Assembly (NCBI GenBank): GCA_964607575.1
Contig: CAZSLS010000003.1
Span: forward strand, 10,887-74,886
Length of the DNA: 64,000 nucleotides
Direction of reading: 5' to 3'
Origin: an uncultured Planctomycetaceae bacterium
GTDB lineage: Bacteria > Planctomycetota > Phycisphaerae > SM23-33
Both the position numbers and the translations under genes were made by a program. A model generated the notes under the pieces. The model did not search any database, had not been told where the DNA came from, and saw nothing but the letters and a program-made list of their open reading frames with translations. The stretch's first letter is position 1. The number at the start of each line of letters is the position of its first letter. Positions 9,353 through 18,470 of this stretch are shown here, piece after piece.

Positions 9353-10906
9353 ATGAATCCCCCGGACCATACATCCAGTTTGCCTCTGGTCGAGATGAAG
9401 GGCATCGTCAAGCGGTTCCCGGGCGTGGTGGCGCTCGATGATGTGAACTTCGAACTGCGGCCCGGTGAAGTACACGTGTTACTGGGCGAAAACGGGGCTG
9501 GCAAGAGTACGCTGATAAAAGTACTTTCCGGCGCCCACACGTGCGACGCGGGCGAGATATTTATCGGCGGGCGGAAGGTTAACATCACCTCGCCGCAGGT
9601 CCCGCTGGACATGGGGCTGCGATTCATCTACCAGGAAATCAACCTCGTCGGCGAAATTGACATCGCCCGTAATATGTTCCTCGGCTGCGAACCGATGCTC
9701 TTGCGGGCGCTCGGTCTGGTCGACAAGTCCGCCCTCTACTTCCGGGCCGCCGAGTACCTCCGCCGGTTCCATATCGACCTCGACCCCCATGACATCGTCG
9801 GCGAGTTGAGCGTTACCCAGCAGAAGATGGTCGAGATCGCCCGGGCGCTGGTGACCGACTCGAAGGTCATCGTCCTCGACGAGCCGACCGACGTCCTGGA
9901 AGACCGCTCACGCAACGATCTGTTCGAAGTGATCGGGCGCCTCAAGAGCGCTCACCAGGTCGGATTCATCTACATATCGCATCGATACGCCGAGGTGTAC
10001 GAACTCGGCGATCGCGTAACGATTCTCCGCGACGGTCGCAACGCCGGGACCTGGCGAATCGAGGACCTTACGCTGGATGAGATGATCGAGCGGATGGTTG
10101 GCGGGCAGGTGCGCAGGCAGTATCCGGACATGCACCAGCCCTCCGACAGCGAGGCGCTGCGAGTCGAGGAGATCGTCAGCGGCAAGGTACTCAATGGCGT
10201 GAGCCTGTCGGTGCGGCAGGGTGAGATAGTGGCGGTTACCGGTCTGATGGGGGCGGGCAAGACCGAACTGGGGCGGGCAATTGCAGGTGTGGACCGTTAC
10301 GATCGCGGCGAGATCTACGTCCACGGGCGGAAAGTTGTCTCGAAGTCACCGGCGGCCGGGATAAGAAACGGAATTGCATACCTCACCGAAGACCGCAAGT
10401 CCGAGGGCCTGATCCTCGACCACTCGATCCGCAACAACTACGCCCTGCCCAGCATCGGGCGCCTGAGTCCCGTAGGATTCCTCAACCACATCCGTATCAA
10501 TCGTGAAGCTCAAGAGTACATGACCGGTCTGAAGATCAAGGCGCCCGACATGTTCACGCCCGCCGGACAGCTTTCCGGAGGCAATCAGCAGAAGGCGGTC
10601 CTGGCCAAATGGCTTGGCACCAACTGCAAGGTGCTGATCTTCGACGAACCCACTCGAGGGATCGACATTAACGGGCGGGCGGAAGTCTATCGCATAATGG
10701 AAGAGCTGCTTGCCCGTGGCGTGGCGATTCTCATGCTCACGTCCGACTACACCGAAGCGCTGGCGATGAGCCACCGCATTGCAGTACTATGTCGAGGCCG
10801 GGTGGCCGGGACGTTCGACCGCGGTACGGTCGACGAAGAAGACATTCTCCGCTTGGCCATCGGTGCATCGGCCGACCAGCACCACGCAGGGAGCATTGCG
10901 AAGTGA
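9353..10906 (+). CDS. Sugar ABC transporter ATP-binding protein, duplicated ATPase (RbsA/MglA type)
   Basis: Two ABC cassettes. Walker A motifs GENGAGKST and GLMGAGKTE; signature motifs LSVTQQKMVEIA and LSGGNQQK. Start chosen at MNPPDHTSS. Confidence 0.85.
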   Translation: MNPPDHTSSLPLVEMKGIVKRFPGVVALDDVNFELRPGEVHVLLGENGAGKSTLIKVLSGAHTCDAGEIFIGGRKVNITSPQVPLDMGLRFIYQEINLVGEIDIARNMFLGCEPMLLRALGLVDKSALYFRAAEYLRRFHIDLDPHDIVGELSVTQQKMVEIARALVTDSKVIVLDEPTDVLEDRSRNDLFEVIGRLKSAHQVGFIYISHRYAEVYELGDRVTILRDGRNAGTWRIEDLTLDEMIERMVGGQVRRQYPDMHQPSDSEALRVEEIVSGKVLNGVSLSVRQGEIVAVTGLMGAGKTELGRAIAGVDRYDRGEIYVHGRKVVSKSPAAGIRNGIAYLTEDRKSEGLILDHSIRNNYALPSIGRLSPVGFLNHIRINREAQEYMTGLKIKAPDMFTPAGQLSGGNQQKAVLAKWLGTNCKVLIFDEPTRGIDINGRAEVYRIMEELLARGVAILMLTSDYTEALAMSHRIAVLCRGRVAGTFDRGTVDEEDILRLAIGASADQHHAGSIAK

Positions 10907-11859
10907 TTGGAGATATCAAAAAGCAGGCGATACGCAGTGCAGAGAGCCTTGCCGGGCTCGTTGCGATTGTTCTGTTCTTCGTGATCGTGTCGCCGTCGTT
11001 TCGCCAGTGGGCCACGCTTACTGACATTCTAGAGCAGTCGATGGAGCTGGCAATTCTCGCGGCCGGTACTACGCTGGTGCTGATCTCCGGAGGGCTGGAT
11101 CTGTCTGTCGGTTCGGTCATGGCGCTATGTACGTGTATCGCCGGCTGTCTCCTGTCGGGTGCGACGGGCGAACCGATGATGGACGTCGCTCCTGCGGTGG
11201 CGCTCACGCTGGCCGCAGGCCTGGGCATCGGCCTGATAAACGGTATCACGATCAAGTACACCGGTGTTCCCGCGTTTATCGTGACGCTGGGTATGATGAT
11301 GATCGCGCGAGGCGCTGCGCTCATGGTGGCCGCAGGGCGGAACATGTCCGAGTTCAGCGGCGCCTTCCTGGTACTCGGCGGCGCCGGCGGATACGCCGTG
11401 CCGCTGTCGATTACCGCGGTGCTGATTATCGTCATTGCATTCCTGCTGGCGATGACGCGTTTCGGTTTCAATGCCTATGCGATTGGCGGTAATGAAGAGG
11501 TTGCACGCCTCTCTGGGGTTCCAGTAAAGCGGTATTCTATAGCATGTTACGCGATCGGTGGGTTTTGCGCGGCGTTGGCGGCGATCGTGCAGACTTCGCG
11601 TTTTGAATTCGCCAAGCCCAATCGCGGCGAGAGTTGGGAGTTGATGGCGATCGGCGCGGTGGTGATAGGCGGCACGAGTCTCTTTGGCGGGTCCGGCGGG
11701 GTGGGTCGGACGGTCATCGGCGTGCTGATAATCAAATCGCTACAGACGGGCCTGAGTCACATGGGCGTCGGTTCGTATTGGCAGAGAATCCTCATCGGCG
11801 TGGTGATAATCCTGGCCGTCTGGATCGATCGCATCCAGAGCAGACGTCGAAAAACGTAG
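10903..11859 (+). CDS. Sugar ABC transporter permease (RbsC/AraH family)
   Basis: The GTG start overlaps the upstream stop (GTGA at 10903-10906). Polytopic, with GGLDLSVGSVMAL and GGTSLFGGSGGVGRTVIGVLII typical of the family. Confidence 0.85.
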   Translation: MIGDIKKQAIRSAESLAGLVAIVLFFVIVSPSFRQWATLTDILEQSMELAILAAGTTLVLISGGLDLSVGSVMALCTCIAGCLLSGATGEPMMDVAPAVALTLAAGLGIGLINGITIKYTGVPAFIVTLGMMMIARGAALMVAAGRNMSEFSGAFLVLGGAGGYAVPLSITAVLIIVIAFLLAMTRFGFNAYAIGGNEEVARLSGVPVKRYSIACYAIGGFCAALAAIVQTSRFEFAKPNRGESWELMAIGAVVIGGTSLFGGSGGVGRTVIGVLIIKSLQTGLSHMGVGSYWQRILIGVVIILAVWIDRIQSRRRKT

Positions 11860-11942
11860 AATCCACTTGTTGGTCGCGGATCGGGGAGTTACAAGAGGGA
11901 ACTACCGTTTGAGTATGCGCCTTTGGCCCGAGGAGATGTGTC

Positions 11943-12878
11943 ATGCGGAACAGCGCGATCGCAGTGTTGGTATCGGTTCTGGTTATGGGGATGCTGACCG
12001 GTTGCGGGAAAGGTTCCTCGGGCGACCCCGACGGGCGGAAGAAGATCGTCTTCATCGGTTATTCTTCCACTAACACGTTCTGGATCACGCTGAAGAACAG
12101 CGCCGAGAAGACCGCCAAAGACGCCGGCCTCGATTTTGCCGACATGACTTCGTCCGAACCGGACATAGTCGCCCAGAAAGCCGCCGTCGACAACGCGATT
12201 CGCATGGGCGTCGCCGGGCTGGTTATCGGTCCGTCCAATTCCGAAGGGCTGGGTAAGTCGCTCGATAAAGCCAAAGCAGCGGGCATTCCCGTAGTCACCG
12301 TGGATACGCGCGTAAAGCACGATTGGATATCAAGCCACGTCGCCACCGATAACGTGGCGGCCGCCGAACTCGCCGGTGACTATATCGTCGGAAAACTCGG
12401 AGGCAAGGGCAAGGTGCTGATTATCGGTGGGACGGTAGGTGCCCAGACCGCTGACGACCGCCGAAACGGTGTATTCAGCAAGTGCAAAGCCGCCGGAATG
12501 ACCGTCCTGCACTTTGACGCCAACTGGAAAGACGATGAAGCCAACCGCATCGCACAGGCACAGCTTGCCGCCCACAACGACATCGGCGCAATATTCGCCG
12601 CCTGCGACCCGATGATCCTCGGCGCAAAAGTGGCCGTCAAACGCAAAGGGCTCCTGGGTAAGGTGCTGCTGGTAGGTTTCGACGCGATTCCCGAAGCACT
12701 CGCAGCCGTCCAGAAAGGCGAACTGGACGCCACCGTCCGCCAGGACCCCGTTCGCATGGGCAAAGAAGGTGTCCAACTGATGGCCAAAATACTCAAAGGC
12801 GAAACCGACATCCCAAAGAGCATCGCCATCAAAGCAGTAATCGTAAACAAAAGCAACGTTGACGAATACATCAAGTAA
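11943..12878 (+). CDS. Sugar ABC transporter substrate-binding lipoprotein (periplasmic binding protein type I)
   Basis: Lipobox MLTGC. KIVFIGYSSTNTFWITLKN, IPVVTVDTRV and LLVGFDAIPEALAAV are typical of RbsB-like binding proteins. Confidence 0.85.
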   Translation: MRNSAIAVLVSVLVMGMLTGCGKGSSGDPDGRKKIVFIGYSSTNTFWITLKNSAEKTAKDAGLDFADMTSSEPDIVAQKAAVDNAIRMGVAGLVIGPSNSEGLGKSLDKAKAAGIPVVTVDTRVKHDWISSHVATDNVAAAELAGDYIVGKLGGKGKVLIIGGTVGAQTADDRRNGVFSKCKAAGMTVLHFDANWKDDEANRIAQAQLAAHNDIGAIFAACDPMILGAKVAVKRKGLLGKVLLVGFDAIPEALAAVQKGELDATVRQDPVRMGKEGVQLMAKILKGETDIPKSIAIKAVIVNKSNVDEYIK

Positions 12879-12901
12879 TAGCCCCTCGAAGGAGTCATCT
12901 T

Positions 12902-14218
12902 ATGGAAAACAAAAAAATCACACGCAGGAGTTTTCTCGGGGCCGGAGCCGCCGCCGGTATTGCGATCGGTACGCCGTATATCATCCCGGCTTCGGCGCTG
13001 GGAAAAGAACCGGGCAAGCCCGCCGCCAGTGAACGCGTCGCCATCGCCGGCGTCGGCTGCGGAGGTCGGGGAACCTATGACATGGACCGCCTCGTCCGCC
13101 ATGGTGGGCAGATTGCGGCCGCCTGCGACGTCAACAAGAACAACCTGGCTCGCGCCATGAAAAGATATAAGGTTGCCGCGTCGGCCGCCGGTTCGGATTT
13201 CCGCGAGATCGTCACCCGCAAGGATGTCGACGCGGTTCTGGTGGCCACGAACGACCATTGGCACGTGCTGATCGCCCTGGCGGCGTTGAAGGCGGGCAAG
13301 GACATCTACGTTGAGAAGCCTGTCGGAAGGACTATCGCCGAAGGGCGCGTAATGCTTAACGCGGTCAAAAAGACCGACCGCATCTTCACCGGCGGAACCG
13401 AATCGCGATCCTTCGCCAGCACGCGCCGCATATGCGAACTGGTGCGCAACGGGCGAATCGGAAAAGTCACCAAGATCATCACCGCGTGTCCGCCGGGTGT
13501 TGCGTCCGGTCCGCCGAAGACGGCGCCCGTGCCCGCATTCCTGGATTTCGACATGTTCACCGGACCATCGCCCAAGCGGCCCTACGATCCCAGGCGGATC
13601 GACGGACGCTACCACTTCCACATCAACGACTACTGCGCCAGCGGTTTCATGGCCGCCTGGGGCGTACACCTGCACGACATCGCGCACTGGGCAATGGGCC
13701 TGGACGATACCGGTCCTGTTGAGATCGAAGGGACCGCTAAGTACCCGCCCAAGGGCGACCTGTGCGACTGCCCGCTGACGTGGAAGGTTAACTACACCTA
13801 CGCCGACGGATTGAAGATGGAGTTCGTGGACGGCCGGACGTGGAAATACGGGCACGGCAACGGTGTCCGCTTCGAGGGGACCAAGGGCTGGATCACAACG
13901 CATTACGGTGGCGCCGCCAAGGCCAGCGACCCCAAGATTCTGGGCTCGAAGATCGCCCCCGACGAGGTCCGCCTGTACGACGCGGGCAAGGGCGACGACA
14001 ACTTCAACTTCATCCAATGCGTCAAGTCCCGCAAGCAGACCTGCTCGCCGGCGAATGCGGCCCATTATTCCGCGATCATTGGGAACCTGGGCGAGATCGC
14101 CTGCCGCCTCGGTCGCAAACTGAAGTGGGACCCGAAGAAGGATCTGTTCGAGAAAGACGACGAGGCCAACAAGCTTGTCTCGCTCCCGATGCGCGCCCCC
14201 TGGAAACTCGAGGCGTAG
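12902..14218 (+). CDS. Gfo/Idh/MocA family oxidoreductase with a twin-arginine signal
   Basis: GAAGGAG lies before the ATG. TRRSFLGAGAAAG is TAT-like, VAIAGVGCGGRG is the Rossmann motif, and DIYVEKPV is the EKP motif. Confidence 0.85.
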   Translation: MENKKITRRSFLGAGAAAGIAIGTPYIIPASALGKEPGKPAASERVAIAGVGCGGRGTYDMDRLVRHGGQIAAACDVNKNNLARAMKRYKVAASAAGSDFREIVTRKDVDAVLVATNDHWHVLIALAALKAGKDIYVEKPVGRTIAEGRVMLNAVKKTDRIFTGGTESRSFASTRRICELVRNGRIGKVTKIITACPPGVASGPPKTAPVPAFLDFDMFTGPSPKRPYDPRRIDGRYHFHINDYCASGFMAAWGVHLHDIAHWAMGLDDTGPVEIEGTAKYPPKGDLCDCPLTWKVNYTYADGLKMEFVDGRTWKYGHGNGVRFEGTKGWITTHYGGAAKASDPKILGSKIAPDEVRLYDAGKGDDNFNFIQCVKSRKQTCSPANAAHYSAIIGNLGEIACRLGRKLKWDPKKDLFEKDDEANKLVSLPMRAPWKLEA

Positions 14219-14265
14219 GGATGACAAGGACCGCGATCATCCGCATGAAAAAGGAGAAAGCCGAA

Positions 14266-16128
14266 ATGCATAGAATTACAGGCAGAGTGAATTTGCGGGG
14301 CTGGACGTATGTGGTGGTCTTGGCGATGGCTGCGGTCTTGATTGCGGAAGTCGCAAACGCAGAAAAGAAAGCTGAGACGAAGTTTGAATGGAAGAAGACC
14401 GACACATCGCTGGCGCTGCTGAACAACGGGTCAGTGGTGTGGGAATACCATCACGACAAGGAGCCGGGCAAGCCCTACATGAAGGTCTGTCTTACTGACG
14501 GCACGGAGCTGACCCGCCCCTGGCCGAAGCCCGATGGGTACAAGGGATATGACCATCTCTGGCACAAGGCGATGTGGTGGTCGTGGAAATTCATCAACGG
14601 AATCAATTTCTGGGAGAGCAATCCCAAGGGTACTGTTCCCGTGAAGGTCGATGTAACTGCCGGGAAAGACTCCTCCGCCCGCATTGCCCTCGATATCAAC
14701 TACCAACTGCCCAAGCAGGAACCGCTGCTGAAGGAGAAACGTCTGATCGCGATAAGCACGCCGGGCGCCGACGGTCGCTATACTATCGACTGGACCGCCA
14801 CCTTCACCGCGGGCAAGAAGGATGTGACCCTGAACAAGAACTGGTATGGGGGAATGGCGATCAGGATGGCCAAGAGGACCTCGAAGTGGACTTTCCGCGA
14901 CAGCGAGGGTCGCACAGGAGAGAAGGGTTGTTCGCGCAAACGCTCAAAGTGGGTCGACTTCAGCGGCGCCCTCAAAGGCGACAGGAAGGCGGGGCTCGCC
15001 GTCTTTGTACACCGCGACAATCCCCGCCAGCCGCCGCCATGGTGCGTAATCCAGGGCATGCCGTATTTCAATCCGGTCTTCACGGGCGCCGAGGATTACA
15101 AACTTGCAGCCGGCAAGAGCCTGACCCTTCGGTACCGGATCCTCGTCCATCCCGGCATCATGACGCGCCGGCAGGTTGAGTCGGAATGGAAAGTTTTCTG
15201 CGGTTCCGCCGGCGGGTCCAAGGTCAAGCCCACCCCCGCTCCCGCCCCCGCCAAACCGGGTAGCCTGGCTTTCGTATCGTCGGGAAAGGAGCAATACAGC
15301 TTCGACACGGGTGTGCTTCGCGGGACGCTGAGGCAAGGCGGCAAGTCGCGCGGTTTGTCGGGGTTCACACACATCCCTTCCAAGACCAGGCTGAACGGGG
15401 GGTTGGGCATTTTCGGACACTACCGTGTCTTCACCACGAACAAGCGTTATGGGCCCGCGGCGTGGGGGTGGGCGAGCACATCGAAGCTCACGTCCGACGG
15501 GGCGGTGGAGGTCCGCTGGCCCAAAGCAAAGGATCGCCCGTTCGAAATGATGGCGGTCTACCGCTGGAGCGCCCCGGATACGCTTGACCTGACGACCACC
15601 GTCAAAGCCGCCGCGGACCTGTCGAAATTCGAATCGTTCATTGCATCCTACTTCACCAAGAGCCTCCCGGCGTCATCGATATACGTTAAAGGCGATTCGA
15701 AAACCGGAGGCAAGCCGATCTTCCAGACGACGGAAAAATCGGCTGGGCACTGGCAGATGTTCCCGCGCAGCAAGAAAGTCGTACCGATGATTAAGGACGG
15801 TCGCTGGAAACAGAAACCGCATCCGGTGGACTGGGCGATCAGGGACAACCTCGCTGCCCCGCTCGGGATGAGGCGCGGAAAGGGGGACGCCCCCACTGCG
15901 ATCCTGATGGCCCCTGCCGCAGATTGCTATGCGCTGTCCACACCGTTTGCGGGAGAGGGGCATCGCTCGTTTTACCTCTCATTGTTCGGTCGGGACATAA
16001 AGGCCGGCCAAACCGCCACCGCCCGCTGCCGCCTGGTAATCGCCAAATCGCCAACCGATCAGCAGATCGTGGAGTTGTACAAGAAATACACAACGCAGCT
16101 TTCGAAAGTAACCAAAGACGCGAAGTGA
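14266..16128 (+). CDS. PmoA-like (DUF6807-type) protein with a roughly 300-aa uncharacterised C-terminal extension
   Basis: AAGGAG lies 9 nt before the ATG at 14266; ATGs at 14221 and 14245 are alternatives. N-terminal anchor or signal WTYVVVLAMAAVLIAEVANA. KPYMKVCLTDGTELTRPW...YDHLWHKAMWWSWKFINGINFWE matches the DUF6807 core by eye. The track ORF start at 13840 is an artefactual extension. Confidence 0.6.
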   Translation: MHRITGRVNLRGWTYVVVLAMAAVLIAEVANAEKKAETKFEWKKTDTSLALLNNGSVVWEYHHDKEPGKPYMKVCLTDGTELTRPWPKPDGYKGYDHLWHKAMWWSWKFINGINFWESNPKGTVPVKVDVTAGKDSSARIALDINYQLPKQEPLLKEKRLIAISTPGADGRYTIDWTATFTAGKKDVTLNKNWYGGMAIRMAKRTSKWTFRDSEGRTGEKGCSRKRSKWVDFSGALKGDRKAGLAVFVHRDNPRQPPPWCVIQGMPYFNPVFTGAEDYKLAAGKSLTLRYRILVHPGIMTRRQVESEWKVFCGSAGGSKVKPTPAPAPAKPGSLAFVSSGKEQYSFDTGVLRGTLRQGGKSRGLSGFTHIPSKTRLNGGLGIFGHYRVFTTNKRYGPAAWGWASTSKLTSDGAVEVRWPKAKDRPFEMMAVYRWSAPDTLDLTTTVKAAADLSKFESFIASYFTKSLPASSIYVKGDSKTGGKPIFQTTEKSAGHWQMFPRSKKVVPMIKDGRWKQKPHPVDWAIRDNLAAPLGMRRGKGDAPTAILMAPAADCYALSTPFAGEGHRSFYLSLFGRDIKAGQTATARCRLVIAKSPTDQQIVELYKKYTTQLSKVTKDAK

Positions 16129-16194
16129 GCGGCATGTCCCCGGCGCCAACTGCCATACCGTTTTCCCTTGCCCCCGGCCAATCGACACTCGACA

Positions 16195-16623
16195 ATGCCC
16201 GAAGTCCATAACATGGCTCAGATACGCGGAGATACCTCGATAGTGGAATCTGCCGACACAAAAACTCTGAAGAACTTTCGCATCTTTTCAGCTATATTCT
16301 GGCTTCTGGCGCCCGTGCTTTCGTATCTCTGTCCCCTGTTTACCGGACGCGGGCACAAGGGTGCGTTGGAATGCTTCGGTATTGTTAATGCCGGGCCTAC
16401 GTCGTGGCTCATTGTGAGATTCTTACCTGCCGGATTGGCGGTGTTCGACGCTGCGATAGTCGTCTCGATGATATTCCTGTCATTCCTGATCTGGATGTGT
16501 GCCAAAGGCATGGGCATCAAGGCATGGTTGTTTCTCATTGTCTGGTATGCCTCCAACATCTTTCTAATCGATGTTGTTATCCAAATGATCCAGACTGTTA
16601 TACGAGTAGAACTGCATCCGTGA
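16195..16623 (+). CDS. Small polytopic membrane protein, unknown function
   Basis: Three or four hydrophobic helices (FSAIFWLLAPVLSYLCPLF; FLPAGLAVFDAAIVVSMIFLSFLIWMC; WLFLIVWYASNIFLIDVVI). Start uncertain among TTG 16168, ATG 16195 and ATG 16213. Visibly more AT-rich than its neighbours. Confidence 0.4.
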   Translation: MPEVHNMAQIRGDTSIVESADTKTLKNFRIFSAIFWLLAPVLSYLCPLFTGRGHKGALECFGIVNAGPTSWLIVRFLPAGLAVFDAAIVVSMIFLSFLIWMCAKGMGIKAWLFLIVWYASNIFLIDVVIQMIQTVIRVELHP

Positions 16624-16856
16624 ACTGGGCGCTATTAGCTACGAGGGGTTCAACAGCAAGACCGTCGCTCCCTGCGTCGCTCTTCGAGCTATGCAGGACA
16701 GGCCGTGACAAGTGAAAGCGGCGAGAGTTCGCCGCATCCAAAACGCCTTGCCTTTCTCCAATGCTGAAATGTTTGAACGCGGCGGGAGTATCTGAGATAC
16801 TGAGCGACTGCTTGCGTTAGTCATTTCGGGCGGTAATCAGACTGTTTGGAGTAGAT

Positions 16857-18470
16857 ATGGATATACGAATGCATACCAGACGCGGTTTTCTCAAGGCCGC
16901 GGGATTCGGGGCCGTTGCGCTGGCCTTGCCGGGTCGGCAAGCGGTGGCGGCGGAGGCTGCGGTTGACGGGCGGCCGAACATCGTTCTGATTCTGGCTGAC
17001 GATATGGGCTGGTCGGATCTTGGCTGCTACGGTAGCGAGATCAAGACCCCTCATCTCGACAAACTTGCCGCCGGCGGTGTGCGGTTCACGCAGTTTTACA
17101 ATACGGCGAAGTGTTTCCCGTCGCGTGCGTGCCTGCTTACCGGCGTGTATGCCCAGCAGTGCGGGATGGCCCGCGGGCATGGCGAGATAATCAACGCCGT
17201 GACGCTCGGAGAGGTTCTGCGGTCGGCTGGTTATCGCACACTGATGACCGGTAAGCATCACGGTACGGAGAATCCGTACGATCGCGGGTTTGACCGGTAC
17301 TTCGGCCTGCGCGACGGCGCGTGCAACTTTTTCAATCCGGGCAAGCAGCGCGAAGGCGAACCCAAGCCCGCACAGAAACGCAACAATCGGGCCTGGTGCA
17401 TCGACGACAAGACCTATAAGCCCTACACGCCTCCGGAGAAGGATTTCTACACCACCGACTACTTCGCCAAGTACGCGATCAAGTATCTCGACCAGTACGG
17501 CAAGGAGAAGAAGCCGTTTTTCCTCTACATCGCGTTCAACGCCCCGCACGATCCGATGATGGCCTGGCCCGAGGACATCGCAAAGTACCAGGGCAAGTAC
17601 ATGGTCGGATACGAGAAGATCAGAAACGCCCGCTACAAACGCATGCTCGATATGGGCCTAATCGACAAGAAAACCTTCGCCCTATCTCCGCGAGAGAAGA
17701 AAAGCTGGGACTCACTCAGCGACGAGCAGAAGAAAACCGAAGACCGGAGGATGGCGGTATATGCGGCGATGGTCGACCGGATGGACCAGAACATCGGCAA
17801 GGTGCTGGCCAAGATCAAGGAACTCGGGAAATCCGAAAACACGCTGGTGTTCTTCTGCAGCGATAACGGCGGTTCGGCGGAAGTCGTGAGGATCGGCAAG
17901 GGCGAGATCGGTAATATAGACCGCTGGAGTTCGGTCTGCGGTACCTGGGCCAACGTCTCGAACTCTCCGTTCCGCAAGTTCAAGAACTACAGCCACGAAG
18001 GCGGAATATGCACGTCGATGATCGCCCACTGGCCCAAGGGCATCAAGAATCCCGGGCGGATAAGCAATCGGGTGGGGCACTTCATAGACTTCATGGCCAC
18101 GTTTGCCGAAGTGGGTTGCGCGAAATACCCCACGGAATTCGATGGCAAGAAGATCACGCCGCTGGAAGGCGAGAGCATGCTGCCTGCGTTGCAGGACAAA
18201 AGCGCCGAGCGCAAAAAGCCGTTGTTCTGGCAGTGGTCCAGAGGCAAGGCTGTGCGGCGTGGCAAGTGGAAGCTGGTGTGTTGGGGCTCAAGAAAGACGA
18301 AGACGAAGTCCCAGGACCCGGCGTGGGAACTGTACGACATGGAGGCAGACCGCACCGAACTTAACGATCTGTCCGGGAAGCATCCGGAGATAGTCAAGGA
18401 ACTGGCGGGCCTCCACGAAAAATGGGCGGCACCGTTCAAGAAAACCAGGAAATCAAAAGGTCGCAAATGA
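16857..18470 (+). CDS. Arylsulfatase (formylglycine-dependent sulfatase family) with a TAT-type signal
   Basis: HTRRGFLKAAGFGAVALA signal, LILADDMGWSDLGCYG, and the CFPSRACLLTG (CxPxR) motif. Confidence 0.9.
   Translation: MDIRMHTRRGFLKAAGFGAVALALPGRQAVAAEAAVDGRPNIVLILADDMGWSDLGCYGSEIKTPHLDKLAAGGVRFTQFYNTAKCFPSRACLLTGVYAQQCGMARGHGEIINAVTLGEVLRSAGYRTLMTGKHHGTENPYDRGFDRYFGLRDGACNFFNPGKQREGEPKPAQKRNNRAWCIDDKTYKPYTPPEKDFYTTDYFAKYAIKYLDQYGKEKKPFFLYIAFNAPHDPMMAWPEDIAKYQGKYMVGYEKIRNARYKRMLDMGLIDKKTFALSPREKKSWDSLSDEQKKTEDRRMAVYAAMVDRMDQNIGKVLAKIKELGKSENTLVFFCSDNGGSAEVVRIGKGEIGNIDRWSSVCGTWANVSNSPFRKFKNYSHEGGICTSMIAHWPKGIKNPGRISNRVGHFIDFMATFAEVGCAKYPTEFDGKKITPLEGESMLPALQDKSAERKKPLFWQWSRGKAVRRGKWKLVCWGSRKTKTKSQDPAWELYDMEADRTELNDLSGKHPEIVKELAGLHEKWAAPFKKTRKSKGRK

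Noticed and set aside
12380-14227. 615-aa ORF on the minus strand
   Set aside because: It is entirely antisense to the well-supported binding-protein and Gfo/Idh/MocA genes. The translation is Arg/Gly/Ala/Val-rich low-complexity with no motifs. This is the usual open antisense frame of high-GC coding DNA.
13840-14265. Long N-terminal extension of the PmoA-like ORF in the track (start at 13840)
   Set aside because: The extension overlaps the 3' part of the oxidoreductase gene in another frame and is Arg/Gly/Pro-rich. A signal or anchor sequence and an AAGGAG site support the start at 14266.
16640-16680. tRNA-like GGTTCAA element in the 16.6-16.9 kb intergenic region
   Set aside because: The flanking bases cannot form a T-arm stem (GAGGG vs AGCAA) or an acceptor stem, so there is no cloverleaf.
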